Origin: Chiloscyllium plagiosum
Taxonomy: Eukaryota
Direction: 5' to 3'
DNA: 64,000 nucleotides
Assembly: GCF_004010195.1 (NCBI RefSeq)
Contig: NC_057760.1
Coordinates: 2,146,343 to 2,210,342 of the forward strand
Numbering within the stretch: position 1 is the stretch's first letter; each line of letters begins with the position of its first letter. Below are positions 51,121-64,000 of this stretch, piece by piece. The position numbers and the translations under genes were made by a program. Below the pieces are notes generated by a model that saw only the letters and a program-made list of their open reading frames with translations, was not told the origin of the DNA and made no database searches.

Positions 51121-52069
51121 CTGCACCGACAGGAGGGGACAAAAAAAAAAACACACCAGAAACTAACGTTAGCGCTCTGGGGCAACACCCTCCCATCTCA
51201 GAGAAAACCTCCTCAAGCTTCACCATCAACTACTGCGAACCTTGGCCCCAAACGTCACATAAAACAGGCCATTCAGCCTGCTCTGCCATTCAATACTATC
51301 ACAGCTGATGGGCCAACACAGTCCCCTGCTTTGCACTCTCTCTCCAACTCCAAACTATATCCAAACATTCAATGTTTCGGCCCCGACCACTTTCTGTGGC
51401 AGAGAATTCCCGACTTTCTGGATGAAGACATTTCTCCTCATTTGAGTCTGACTCTGAAACGTTGACTTCTCCACCTCCTGATGCCGTCTGGCTCGCTATG
51501 TTCTTCCAGCCTCCCGTTTGTCTACCTCCTGGTTCTGGTCTTCTCAGTCAGTGAGAACATCCTTCCTGCATTCATGTCAATTTTCCTGCTCCTCGGATGC
51601 TGCCTGACCTGCTGTGCTTTCCCAGCATTACTCTTAATCTTGACTCTAATCTCCAGCTTCTGCAGTTCCCACTTACACCTACGGTCACAGCCGGTCAGAC
51701 TTTTCTAGGTTTCTCTGAGATTCCCACCCCTCGTTTTCCTAAACTCCAGTGAACACACTCCTGACTGAGCCAGTCTCTCCTCATATGTCACCCCAGGGAT
51801 CAGTCTGGTTCGAAACCACTTCAAACAGAGAAAGATCCCATAAACAATAGCGAGGTGAATGTCATTCATCTCGTTCCAGGACTAAAGGCTTACCCTCTGA
51901 GGGAAGGCTGAGCCCCTGCCGGGGTGGGGGGGGGAGAGTGGTGGTGAGAAGATACCGAGGTGACCTTATTGAAACGTGCCCAAGTTGCAGAGGAGACGAG
52001 AGGAGTCAGATACAGGGGGATGTTTCCACTTTAAAGTCTGCCTACTCCCTGGTACTCATTTCCCCCCTT

Positions 52070-52778
52070 TGGGGTAGCACTATGGCTTAGAGATTCTGCT
52101 GCCTCTCAGTTCCAAGAACCTGGGTTTGATTCCACCCTCGGGGCAACTGTGTGTGGAGTTTGCACATTCTGCCACCGTGCCTGCATGGGTTTCTTCCAGG
52201 TGCCCCAGTTTCCTCCCGCAATCCAAAATGTGTACGTTAGGGTGGATTGGCCATGGGAAATTGTCCCATAGTGCCCAGGGATGTGCAGGTTAGGGTGGGT
52301 TGGCCATGGGAAATTGTCCCATAGTGTCCAGGGATGTGCATGTTAGGGTGGATTGGCCATGGGAAATTGTCCCATTGTGCCCTGGGATGTGGAGGTTAGG
52401 GTGGATTGGCCATGGGAAATTGTCCCATAGCACCCAGGGATGTGCAGGTTAGGGTGGATTGGCCATGGGACATTGTCCCATAGTGTCCAGGGATGTGCAG
52501 GTTTAGGGTGGATTGGCCATGGGAAATTGTCCCATAGCACCCAGGGATGTGCAGGTTAGGGTGGATTGGCCCTGGGAAATTGTCCCATAGCACCCAGGGA
52601 TGTGCAGGTTAGGGTGGATTGGCCATGGGACATTGTCCCATAGTGTCCAGGGATGTGCAGGTTAGGGTGGATTGGCCGTGGGAAATGCAGGGTTATGGAG
52701 GGGATGTGGAGAGAGGAGTGTTGGTGTGGATTCAATGGGCCGAATGCCCTGCTCCCACTCTCAAGGACTCTATGATGA
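52070..52778 (+). mobile_element. HE1-type SINE with internal 53-bp unit amplified ~8x
   Basis: ttagggtgg recurs at about 53-bp spacing over 52236-52682. Confidence 0.85.
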
Positions 52779-52976
52779 TTGAAGGGGAAACCAGTCAGTC
52801 AATGAAATGTTGAGAGAGAAAGATGGAGAATGTGTTTCTCTTAGAGGCTGGTTACCCCCTGGAATTGTCTTTGTCAGAAGGTGGTGGAGGCTATGTTACT
52901 GGACGTACTCAGCGCTGAGTTAAGATAATGGTGAAGGGTGAGGGAGAGGGTGGAGACATCACTGCTGGGCACTGAC

Positions 52977-53240
52977 CTTGCCGTGGTCCTTCTTCATGTG
53001 GGTGACATACTCCTCACGCTCAGGGAACCACATCTGGCATTGTCCACACGTCCAGCCAGCGTTCTTCAGCTTCAGCCTCATCTCCTTCCTGCGCTGGAGG
53101 CTCAGCACGGCCTTGGAGCTGGTGGAAGACTCATCGGTGGAGACGTCGGTGGAGTCCGGGCTGGACTTGGCCGTGCCTTTCTCAGGTGGCATGGTCCAGC
53201 CGGGGGCTGCATCCTCACTCTTCAAGTTGGAATGGGTGCT
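52977..53240 (-). CDS. ZNF687: ZNF687-like exon (STHSNLKS...[27 protein letters not shown])
   Basis: 264 nt in frame; GWTC..C..WFPER.EYV.HMKK.HGK finger. Confidence 0.9.
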
Positions 53241-53486
53241 CTGAGGGAAGACAGGCAACCATTACTGATTTGATCAAAGCACAAGAGAGCAAGAGATGAA
53301 CCCGTTCAGCCTTCCCTCCCTCCCTGGGGTTGCTGATGTACCAGGAGATGCCCTCTGCCTCCTCAGCCACATGTCTCAGCAATGGCAGATTTGCTCCCTT
53401 TCCTGTCAGCACAGTGCTCTTGTCCCGTCCGGACATTTCACGGCAAGGCATTCCCAGAGTATCCAAGAGTCTTGACAATCATGTAC

Positions 53487-53804
53487 AGGTGGCCCAATGG
53501 TTAGCACTGCTGCCTTACTGCGCCAGGGACCTGGGTTCAAATCCAGCCTCGGGCGACTGGAGTTTGGACATCCTCCCCATTGTGTCTGCGTGGGCTTCCT
53601 CCCACAGTCCAAAGATGTGCAGGTTAGGGTGAATTGGTTATGCTAAACTGCCCATGGTATTCAGGAATGTATAGGTTAGGTGCATTGGTCAGGGGTAAAT
53701 TTAGGATAATGGGGGAGGTGAATGGTTCTGGGTGGGTCTTCAGACTGTCGGTGTGGACTTGTTGGGCCAAAAGGCCTGTTTCCACACTGTAGGGATTCTA
53801 TGAC
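53487..53804 (+). mobile_element. HE1-type V-SINE
   Basis: Head, V-domain and ctgtagggattctatga tail. Confidence 0.8.
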
Positions 53805-54243
53805 CTTAGTAAGTGGGAAAAATCTTTATTGCCCAACAAAGCACATTCAGGCCCCACACACTCCAGAGTGAGAGCCGAAAACAGGTGATTAAACAGAAGG
53901 ATGGCACAGCCGACATCACATCCAGTATCCTCTGGAATAGGCAGCTCAATAACCAGGCTCCTCGGAAAGACAACACCTCCATACTACCTCAGCGCTGACC
54001 CTCCGACAGCGCCCGCTCCCTCAGCGCTGACCCTCCGACAGCGCCCGCTCCCTCAGCGCTGACCCTCCGACAGCGCCGCACCAGCAGTGAACTATGGGGT
54101 TTGAAATAAATTCTCATGCTAGAACCTGCCATATCGGATTTCTCCATTGTGCCCAGCTAAACCAACATCTCCTGGTTTATGGTCGTGGAGGGAGGTGATT
54201 GCAGGAGGAGCAGATGGAAGATGATGGTATTTTCTGTGCTCAC

Positions 54244-54406
54244 CTTGATGTGCTCCATCATGGTCCTTTTCTGAGCGTAAAGCACTGGGCACTGAGGGCA
54301 CTTGAAGACGTTGACCCGTTGCTTGGTCAGGTGTTGGTCAAAGTGGGAGCTGAGCAGTGGCTGATGGGTGAAAACTGTATCACACATGGCACACTTATGG
54401 ATCACT
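54244..54406 (-). CDS. ZNF687: ZNF687-like exon ([54 protein letters not shown])
   Basis: [20 protein letters not shown] as recalled for ZNF687; 163 nt; AG/GT. Confidence 0.9.
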
Positions 54407-54418
54407 CTGTGGGTCAGC

Positions 54419-57400
54419 GAGAGAGAGAGAGAAAGAGGAGAGAGAAAGAGGAGAGAGAAAGAGGAGAGAGAAAGAGGAGAGAGAAAGAGGAGAGAGAAAG
54501 AGGAGAGAGAAAGAGGAGAGAGAAAGAGGAGAGAGAAAGAGGAGAGAGAAAGAGGAGAGAGAAAGAGGAGAGAGAAAGAGGAGAGAGAAAGAGGAGAGAG
54601 AAAGAGGAGAGAGAAAGAGGAGAGAGAAAGAGGAGAGAGAAAGAGGAGAGAGAAAGAGGAGAGAGAAAGAGGAGAGAGAAAGAGGAGAGAGAAAGAGGAG
54701 AGAGAAAGAGGAGAGAGAAAGAGGAGAGAGAAAGAGGAGAGAGAAAGAGGAGAGAGAAAGAGGAGAGAGAAAGAGGAGAGAGAAAGAGGAGAGAGAAAGA
54801 GGAGAGAGAAAGAGGAGAGAGAAAGAGGAGAGAGAAAGAGGAGAGAGAAAGAGGAGAGAGAAAGAGGAGAGAGAAAGAGGAGAGAGAAAGAGGAGAGAGA
54901 AAGAGGAGAGAGAAAGAGGAGAGAGAAAGAGGAGAGAGAAAGAGGAGAGAGAAAGAGGAGAGAGAAAGAGGAGAGAGAAAGAGGAGAGAGAAAGAGGAGA
55001 GAGAAAGAGGAGAGAGAAAGAGGAGAGAGAAAGAGGAGAGAGAAAGAGGAGAGAGAAAGAGGAGAGAGAAAGAGGAGAGAGAAAGAGGAGAGAGAAAGAG
55101 GAGAGAGAAAGAGGAGAGAGAAAGAGGAGAGAGAAAGAGGAGAGAGAAAGAGGAGAGAGAAAGAGGAGAGAGAAAGAGGAGAGAGAAAGAGGAGAGAGAA
55201 AGAGGAGAGAGAAAGAGGAGAGAGAAAGAGGAGAGAGAAAGAGGAGAGAGAAAGAGGAGAGAGAAAGAGGAGAGAGAAAGAGGAGAGAGAAAGAGGAGAG
55301 AGAAAGAGGAGAGAGAAAGAGGAGAGAGAAAGAGGAGAGAGAAAGAGGAGAGAGAAAGAGGAGAGAGAAAGAGGAGAGAGAAAGAGGAGAGAGAAAGAGG
55401 AGAGAGAAAGAGGAGAGAGAAAGAGGAGAGAGAAAGAGGAGAGAGAAAGAGGAGAGAGAAAGAGGAGAGAGAAAGAGGAGAGAGAAAGAGGAGAGAGAAA
55501 GAGGAGAGAGAAAGAGGAGAGAGAAAGAGGAGAGAGAAAGAGGAGAGAGAAAGAGGAGAGAGAAAGAGGAGAGAGAAAGAGGAGAGAGAAAGAGGAGAGA
55601 GAAAGAGGAGAGAGAAAGAGGAGAGAGAAAGAGGAGAGAGAAAGAGGAGAGAGAAAGAGGAGAGAGAAAGAGGAGAGAGAAAGAGGAGAGAGAAAGAGGA
55701 GAGAGAAAGAGGAGAGAGAAAGAGGAGAGAGAAAGAGGAGAGAGAAAGAGGAGAGAGAAAGAGGAGAGAGAAAGAGGAGAGAGAAAGAGGAGAGAGAAAG
55801 AGGAGAGAGAAAGAGGAGAGAGAAAGAGGAGAGAGAAAGAGGAGAGAGAAAGAGGAGAGAGAAAGAGGAGAGAGAAAGAGGAGAGAGAAAGAGGAGAGAG
55901 AAAGAGGAGAGAGAAAGAGGAGAGAGAAAGAGGAGAGAGAAAGAGGAGAGAGAAAGAGGAGAGAGAAAGAGGAGAGAGAAAGAGGAGAGAGAAAGAGGAG
56001 AGAGAAAGAGGAGAGAGAAAGAGGAGAGAGAAAGAGGAGAGAGAAAGAGGAGAGAGAAAGAGGAGAGAGAAAGAGGAGAGAGAAAGAGGAGAGAGAAAGA
56101 GGAGAGAGAAAGAGGAGAGAGAAAGAGGAGAGAGAAAGAGGAGAGAGAAAGAGGAGAGAGAAAGAGGAGAGAGAAAGAGGAGAGAGAAAGAGGAGAGAGA
56201 AAGAGGAGAGAGAAAGAGGAGAGAGAAAGAGGAGAGAGAAAGAGGAGAGAGAAAGAGGAGAGAGAAAGAGGAGAGAGAAAGAGGAGAGAGAAAGAGGAGA
56301 GAGAAAGAGGAGAGAGAAAGAGGAGAGAGAAAGAGGAGAGAGAAAGAGGAGAGAGAAAGAGGAGAGAGAAAGAGGAGAGAGAAAGAGGAGAGAGAAAGAG
56401 GAGAGAGAAAGAGGAGAGAGAAAGAGGAGAGAGAAAGAGGAGAGAGAAAGAGGAGAGAGAAAGAGGAGAGAGAAAGAGGAGAGAGAAAGAGGAGAGAGAA
56501 AGAGGAGAGAGAAAGAGGAGAGAGAAAGAGGAGAGAGAAAGAGGAGAGAGAAAGAGGAGAGAGAAAGAGGAGAGAGAAAGAGGAGAGAGAAAGAGGAGAG
56601 AGAAAGAGGAGAGAGAAAGAGGAGAGAGAAAGAGGAGAGAGAAAGAGGAGAGAGAAAGAGGAGAGAGAAAGAGGAGAGAGAAAGAGGAGAGAGAAAGAGG
56701 AGAGAGAAAGAGGAGAGAGAAAGAGGAGAGAGAAAGAGGAGAGAGAAAGAGGAGAGAGAAAGAGGAGAGAGAAAGAGGAGAGAGAAAGAGGAGAGAGAAA
56801 GAGGAGAGAGAAAGAGGAGAGAGAAAGAGGAGAGAGAAAGAGGAGAGAGAAAGAGGAGAGAGAAAGAGGAGAGAGAAAGAGGAGAGAGAAAGAGGAGAGA
56901 GAAAGAGGAGAGAGAAAGAGGAGAGAGAAAGAGGAGAGAGAAAGAGGAGAGAGAAAGAGGAGAGAGAAAGAGGAGAGAGAAAGAGGAGAGAGAAAGAGGA
57001 GAGAGAAAGAGGAGAGAGAAAGAGGAGAGAGAAAGAGGAGAGAGAAAGAGGAGAGAGAAAGAGGAGAGAGAAAGAGGAGAGAGAAAGAGGAGAGAGAAAG
57101 AGGAGAGAGAAAGAGGAGAGAGAAAGAGGAGAGAGAAAGAGGAGAGAGAAAGAGGAGAGAGAAAGAGGAGAGAGAAAGAGGAGAGAGAAAGAGGAGAGAG
57201 AAAGAGGAGAGAGAAAGAGGAGAGAGAAAGAGGAGAGAGAAAGAGGAGAGAGAAAGAGGAGAGAGAAAGAGGAGAGAGAAAGAGGAGAGAGAAAGAGGAG
57301 AGAGAAAGAGGAGAGAGAAAGAGGAGAGAGAAAGAGGAGAGAGAAAGAGGAGAGAGAAAGAGGAGAGAGAAAGAGGAGAGAGAAAGAGGAGAGAGAAAGA

Positions 57401-58532
57401 GGAGAGAGAAAGAGGAGAGAGAAAGAGGAGAGAGAAAGAGGAGAGAGAAAGAGGAGAGAGAAAGAGGAGAGAGAAAGAGGAGAGAGAAAGAGGAGAGAGA
57501 AAGAGGAGAGAGAAAGAGGAGAGAGAAAGAGGAGAGAGAAAGAGGAGAGAGAAAGAGGAGAGAGAAAGAGGAGAGAGAAAGAGGAGAGAGAAAGAGGAGA
57601 GAGAAAGAGGAGAGAGAAAGAGGAGAGAGAAAGAGGAGAGAGAAAGAGGAGAGAGAAAGAGGAGAGAGAAAGAGGAGAGAGAAAGAGGAGAGAGAAAGAG
57701 GAGAGAGAAAGAGGAGAGAGAAAGAGGAGAGAGAAAGAGGAGAGAGAAAGAGGAGAGAGAAAGAGGAGAGAGAAAGAGGAGAGAGAAAGAGGAGAGAGAA
57801 AGAGGAGAGAGAAAGAGGAGAGAGAAAGAGGAGAGAGAAAGAGGAGAGAGAAAGAGGAGAGAGAAAGAGGAGAGAGAAAGAGGAGAGAGAAAGAGGAGAG
57901 AGAAAGAGGAGAGAGAAAGAGGAGAGAGAAAGAGGAGAGAGAAAGAGGAGAGAGAAAGAGGAGAGAGAAAGAGGAGAGAGAAAGAGGAGAGAGAAAGAGG
58001 AGAGAGAAAGAGGAGAGAGAAAGAGGAGAGAGAAAGAGGAGAGAGAAAGAGGAGAGAGAAAGAGGAGAGAGAAAGAGGAGAGAGAAAGAGGAGAGAGAAA
58101 GAGGAGAGAGAAAGAGGAGAGAGAAAGAGGAGAGAGAAAGAGGAGAGAGAAAGAGGAGAGAGAAAGAGGAGAGAGAAAGAGGAGAGAGAAAGAGGAGAGA
58201 GAAAGAGGAGAGAGAAAGAGGAGAGAGAAAGAGGAGAGAGAAAGAGGAGAGAGAAAGAGGAGAGAGAAAGAGGAGAGAGAAAGAGGAGAGAGAAAGAGGA
58301 GAGAGAAAGAGGAGAGAGAAAGAGGAGAGAGAAAGAGGAGAGAGAAAGAGGAGAGAGAAAGAGGAGAGAGAAAGAGGAGAGAGAAAGAGGAGAGAGAAAG
58401 AGGAGAGAGAAAGAGGAGAGAGAAAGAGGAGAGAGAAAGAGGAGAGAGAAAGAGGAGAGAGAAAGAGGAGAGAGAAAGAGGAGAGAGAAAGAGGAGAGAG
58501 AAAGAGGAGAGAGAAAGAGGAGAGAGAAAGAG

Positions 58533-58573
<41 letters not shown>

Positions 58574-58581
58574 AGAGAGAG
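54419..58581. repeat. Perfect 13-bp tandem repeat (GAGAGAGAAAGAG)n, ~316 copies, with (GA)n flanks
   Basis: Direct reading; no visible variant units. Confidence 0.95.
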
Positions 58582-60534
58582 TGAGCGTGTGAAGGAACTC
58601 AGTGAAGATTAACACCGTAAAGCAAAAAACTGACAATACACTCAGGACATGGATTGAGCCACACAGTTTGGGCAGCAGGAGGCCATTTGGCCCATCGAGC
58701 CTGCTCTGCCATTCCTTACAATCGCGGCTTTCAATGTTTGTGGCTTCACCTTCACTTTGCAGCCTGGCCCCTGTACCCTTCAGCCCCCTGCTCAATCAAA
58801 AATCTCTCTTCAATGACCCAGCCTCTTCTGCCGGTCTCTGGGGAAACACTCCCACAGGTTTGTCCTCAGAGAGAGGAAATCTCTCCTCGTCTCGGTCTCA
58901 AATGGGAGAGCTCCTGGGTTTTAACCTCTGAGGCCTAGCCTGAGAGAGAAGACACATCCTCCCAGCATTTATCCCATCAAGCCCCCTCAGAATCCCTCGA
59001 TTTTCAACACGATCACCTCTCATTGATCGTCACACAAACCCCTCATCACTTCCAACGCAAGTCCACCAAACATGATTCAAGGCTTGTGATTAATAGATAT
59101 TGCACGTTCTTTAGCTTGCAATTTGGGTTTTGAACTAGTGGAATGTAGGTTTCCAACTACAAAAGAGATTTAACGATGAACTGTGCGGGCTTTCAGGAGC
59201 CATGACTTGATTTAAGAAGAAAAGCAGACTGAGAAACAATTTGAAGTAACAAGATTTTGTTTGCATTCGGACAGCTTTGACAAACACAGGCTAAACACTG
59301 AAGTGTTTCCAGTAAGGAGGAACTGGAATAGTTATTTTTTGGCTTAGGGGAATACCCAGAGTTTCGATGGGTCTTTGCAATCGATTCACCACTCTCCTGG
59401 TTGAAGTCAGATGCATGAAACCACTTCTCCAAGCGAAAGGAGAGAAGTTAGAACAGTGAACGAATAGGTCGCCTCAGAATGAGAGGTTTAGTTTGAAAGC
59501 TCCTGACCGGGAATGTTTTGATATAAGCTGAAGAGGCTATTCCAAGCTGAGAAAGTCGCTCTTCAGTTGTGAATACTCAAGGTCGAGACCACCAACTTCC
59601 CAAGACTGGAAACGTAACACCACAGTCAATTCAAACTGAAGAGTTTGAGAAGGGAATACTCTGTTGTCTGTAACCGCAAAGTGGGATTGTTGAGATTGAT
59701 ACAACACTTGGCAGGGTCGCTTGACCTGAAACGTTAACTCTGATTCCTCTCCGCAGATTATACCGGATGTGCTGAGCTTTTCCAGCAATTTCTGGTTTTG
59801 TTCGTGATTGTATTTTACCGTGAAGGTCAAAGTCTTTACAGATTGGTTTACTCTACGTCATCTCCATTTCTTTTGGGCAAGAATGTTTAGCTTCATTGTT
59901 AAAACCGAATCTGCAACACTGTGGTCATTTTTTTTTTACTGAAACACAAGCTTGCAATGTTAGAATTCAAAAATAAAACACGATCCACTAAGCCAGACTT
60001 CAGTCCTTTAGGAAATCCAGATACACAATATCCCCCAACTTCCACCAACCTCAAAGGCCTCAGGAAACTGGGTTTAATAGTCCCCAAAGTCATGTTGACT
60101 CCGGCAGATAGTTCAGTCATTTCGAAGCCTCTCTTTACGAATGGGTTTGTTAAATCTCTCCCAGCCCGGATTGAGGAAGATGGGGTCTCACAGATAAACA
60201 CACGCAGGAGAGGAGGCCAGAAAGACAGGAGGAATGAAAGTGAGGGGGGACGAGCTTTAAGATGTCTAGAGCACAAACACTGACATGGAGCAGAGGTGTC
60301 AAACAAACGACATGCTCCATGCTGCACAGGAGACACTGCATAATCCCAGATACACCACTGCCACCCTGCCTGACAGACACATCTTGAGGGGAGGATGGGA
60401 TGGTCTCTAATGCATGGCTCGCTCACTCGTTCAGTTGAGGATGCACTGGCAGTAAGGGTGGAGGGTCAGAAGACAAATTAAGTTGCACACTTCGTGTTTG
60501 CTATCATGTATTCAGTGGAAGAGATCACCTGATG

Positions 60535-60680
60535 CACAGGGAGGGGCCCCCTCGGAGATCGCCCGATACACAGGGAGGGACCCCTCCGAGATCACCCGAT
60601 ACACAGGGAGGGGCCCCCTCGGAGATCGCCCGATACACAGGGAGGGGCCCCTCCGAGATCACCCGATACACAGGGAGGCC
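60535..60680. repeat. 33-34-bp tandem repeat, ~4.5 copies
   Basis: cacagggagg recurs at 60535, 60569, 60602, 60636, 60669. Confidence 0.85.
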
Positions 60681-60760
60681 CCCCCCACTCTCCGAAATCA
60701 CCCCTCCACCTGACCTCCAACAGCACTGTGACCACTTGGTGTTCCCACAGCATCACTTAC

Positions 60761-60937
60761 TTGGCCTGCTGATTGCTAACGCCTGGGTGCTGTGTATAGA
60801 TGTGCGAGTGTGCACTGGGGGCAGACTTGAATGCCATGGGGCATATTGGACATTTGTGGAACGCCTCACAGTGCACGTCCTGAATGTGTGACTTGATCGA
60901 GGTAATCCCTCCATACACAACTCCACACTGAGGGCAC
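60761..60937 (-). CDS. ZNF687: ZNF687-like exon ([59 protein letters not shown])
   Basis: Hand-translated; [13 protein letters not shown] motif; 177 nt; AG/GT. Confidence 0.9.
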
Positions 60938-62726
60938 CTGAGGGAGGGAAAAACATCAACACATTACAGAAAGGAAACAATCACTGCAGGCACACAAATA
61001 CCGTAAGATATAGCAGCATGGAGACCGTGTCCGATCTGATTATCTTCAATAACAGCTTGTACTGCTGGGGCTCTTTTGGGCTGCATTTGGAACATTGTGA
61101 GCTGCTTTGGGCCCGGTCTCCAAGGAAGGATGGGCTGAACTTGGAGGGGTTCCAGAACAAAGCTGGGGATGAAGGGCTTGTCATATGAGGAGTGGTTGAG
61201 AGGATCTGAAACCTGAACACAGGCTGAGGTAACTAGTTTATTGTCAGGAACAACCACTTTACAGATACTCTTCATAACCTGGGTAGCAATAAGATGGCTT
61301 CTCAATGCTTCTCCTAGGCTGCAAACTGACAATTCTGCTAAAAGCTGTAGAGAATGGCTTTTAATTCTGCTATAGCTGCATAACTGACTCACCACAGTCT
61401 GCTTCAATACAGATTAGCAGACAATGCTCCCTTTTCAGCACAGAGATAACTAGACGAGGTAAGACATTACTGGCCATCCGAACTGGCCTTCAGATGCAGG
61501 TGCAATGGCTTGGTTAGTGAGATAAGGGTGGCCTGAGTGTTAGAAACCAAACCAGGAAATTGCACTGGACCAAGTCCCTGTCAAAGAAAGCAGAATCGTG
61601 TGTTGGTGGGTAATTGTCTGAACGTACTATGCGATCATGGCCTGTACCTATCTTTAAGAGCAGGATAAAAATGTCTCTGTTTTAAGCCATGTGTACAGCT
61701 CCTCCAAGGAATACAGATGTACACAGCCTCTGTGTTTCTGTACGCTCTATACACGGCCGTATGAAGAAATAAAGAATGAAGACGTAAAGAACCAGATCAA
61801 TTGTGAACGCTTCTTGACCGATCATAGATCAGAGAGACCCACCTCACCACCCCGTTCCCACCCCCCAATCCAGATCTTCAGCTGACAACTCCAGGTCTGG
61901 ATCCGGATGGGAGTTTAGGAGGATGAGGTGGAATCTCACGGAGACTGACAGACATGGAGAAGACGCTTCCTCTCACCAGAGAGAGAGAGAGAGACGAAGA
62001 CCCAAGAGCGCAGCCTCAGAGCCAAGGGACGGCCTTTTAGAACTCAGATGAGGAGGAATTTCTTTAGCCAGAGGGTGGGGACTGTGTGGAACCCCAATGC
62101 AGCAGAGGGCAAGTTGTTGAGTGTCTTTAACACCCAGGTAGATAGGTTCTTGATTAGTCAGGGAAACAAGGATAACAGGGAGAAGACAGGAAACTGGAGT
62201 TTAAAAAACACATATCAGCCATGAATGAATGGTGGAGTAGATTTGATGGGCCAAATGGCCTAATCCCACTCCTAGATCTTAGGCTCCTTGTCACTTAAAA
62301 ATGACCATTTATAAATCCCACTTTTCTTTCCTTCCCTGTACATTGTCCCTTCTGTTCAGGGATCCTCAATGCATGTTTGGGGGGGGGGGGGGGGGTTGGA
62401 GGGGGGCAGAACCTGAGTATATCCAACCCCTCCCATTCCAGCATTGCCATTCAACCCCACCCCGCTCCACTAAACCCAGAGCTCCCCACTTCACCATCAC
62501 TGGCTGGCTCCAGCTGAGAGGGGGCAGCACTGGGTTTAGTCCCGACGTGCCCCAGACCGGCCCGAGGCTCAGGTTGCGAGCGTGGATGCCAAGGGTGGAA
62601 GGAACCGCAGAGCCCACACTCTACCCATCAGCCTGGTGAGAGTTCAAAATGCAGGAAAACCGTCAAGAGATGCAAGAATAGTCAGAGGTACAGAGGGCTC
62701 AGAGCTCTTGGCAGCAGGTCACCTAC

Positions 62727-62905
62727 TTGTATCCGATCTTGCGGGCATAATGACAGCAGACGTCTTTGACGTGGGTCTGGATGTGTGCAGCACGACAGAC
62801 CCCTCCACATTCAGGGCAGATGTACGGTGACTTGCTCTTGTGTAGACGGTAGTGAGCAAAGAAGCTGCACTTTGTGGGGAGTAACATCTGACAGAGCTGA
62901 CACAC
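62727..62905 (-). CDS. ZNF687: ZNF687-like exon ([60 protein letters not shown]); upstream exons outside window
   Basis: C2H2 fingers typical of the ZNF532/592/687 family; tag|GTG ... AA|gtaggt; 179 nt. Confidence 0.88.
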
Positions 62906-63104
62906 CTAGGCAAGGAGGAAGGATAGATATAAGGATTTAGCAGCTACACTCCAGTTTAACTCCGATCTACATCAAAACCAGCCCCACACCCAACTCTCTC
63001 ACACAGGGTTTCCAGTACACACAGCACTAACACCAAGAGCGCCGGGTCTTCTAACCCACAGGACACTTTTGGGAGAACAGTATTGCCTAGCATAACAGGG
63101 CAAC

Positions 63105-63714
63105 AGTGTGAGGGAGCTGGATTAACATCAGTAAAGATACAGTCAGGAACACAGGGCGCTGGGTAGGGTAGAGGGGTTACTGAGTGACAGTGTGAGGGAG
63201 CTGGATTAACATCAGTAAGGATACAGTCAGTAACACGGGGCACTGGGGGGTGGGGGGGTTACTGAATGGTAGTGCGAGGGAGCTGGATTATTGAGTGACA
63301 GTGTGAGGGAGCTAGATTAACATCAGTAGGGATACAGTCAGGAACACAGGGCGCTGGGGAGGGGTAGAGTGGGTACTGAGTGACAGCGTGAGGGAGCTGG
63401 ATTAACACTGGGAGAATGTGCAAACACCACACAGACAGTCACCCGAGGCGGAGATCGAATCTGAGACGCTGGCGTTGTCAGGCAGCAGTGCTAACCACTG
63501 AGCCACCGTGCGCTCGTGTCTGTGTGGGTTCCCTCCGGGTGCTCTGGTTTCCTCCCATAGTCACAAAGATGTGCAGGTTGAGGTGGATTGGCCATGCTGA
63601 ATTGCCCAGAGAGTTAGGTTCATTAGTCAGAGGGAGATGGGTCTGGGTGAGAGTCGGTGTGGACTGGTTGGGCCGAAGGGCCTGTTTCCACACTGTAGGG
63701 AATCTAATCTAATC
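63105..63714. repeat. ~85-95-bp tandem repeat followed by inverted/rearranged HE1 SINE halves
   Basis: gtgtgagggagctggattaacatcagta repeats; SINE head on - strand (63412-63511), V-domain and tail on + strand. Confidence 0.7.
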
Positions 63715-64000
63715 TGATAACATCAGTAGAGATACAGGTCAGTAACAGGATGTTGGATTACTACTGTACCAAATTGGTTTGAAGAGTTTTTTTCTGTGAA
63801 ATCCTGATGATGTCATTCTGATTCACACATCAAGAATTTCCCATCTGAATGACGGGGTGGAAAATTTCCAAAATCCGTCTCCACTGAGTACCTCACTGAC
63901 CGGAGGAGAAAGTACCTCATCATTGTAGGATCCCTACAGTGTGGAAACAGGCCATTCAGCCCAACGAGACCACAGTGACCAGCTGAGGAGTAACCCACCC

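Noticed and set aside
54199..58795. 1400+ aa ORFs on both strands ([13 protein letters not shown] / [13 protein letters not shown])
   Set aside because: Translations of a stop-free 13-bp repeat inside an intron

Overview
Eukaryotic (vertebrate) genomic DNA. The repeat content (HE1-type V-SINEs, CR1/HER1-type LINE tails) points to a cartilaginous fish (shark/ray). Two minus-strand intron-containing genes can be assembled by hand from GT-AG boundaries. (1) PRPF3 (U4/U6 snRNP protein Prp3): complete CDS, 15 coding exons, 22797->5853, 2055 nt, 684 aa. Its GC-box promoter is at ~26.5 kb and its first non-coding exon is probably in the N-gap 25650-26518. (2) The last 7 coding exons of a C2H2 zinc-finger gene most like ZNF687 (62905->42155); its 5' part lies beyond the window. 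The rest is retrotransposon fragments, mini/microsatellites and four N-gaps. Most long ORFs in the track are artefacts of gaps or repeats. Most striking unexplained feature: a ~1.25 kb block (26668-27921) next to the PRPF3 GC-box promoter with at least 11 perfect heat-shock elements (alternating nGAAn/nTTCn), partly built by a ~120-bp tandem duplication. Second: two families of short inverted-repeat insertions, flanked by 10-15 bp target-site duplications and carrying minimal hammerhead-ribozyme cores (Penelope-like). Third: a 4.1-kb perfect 13-bp purine/pyrimidine array abutting a ZNF687 splice acceptor.
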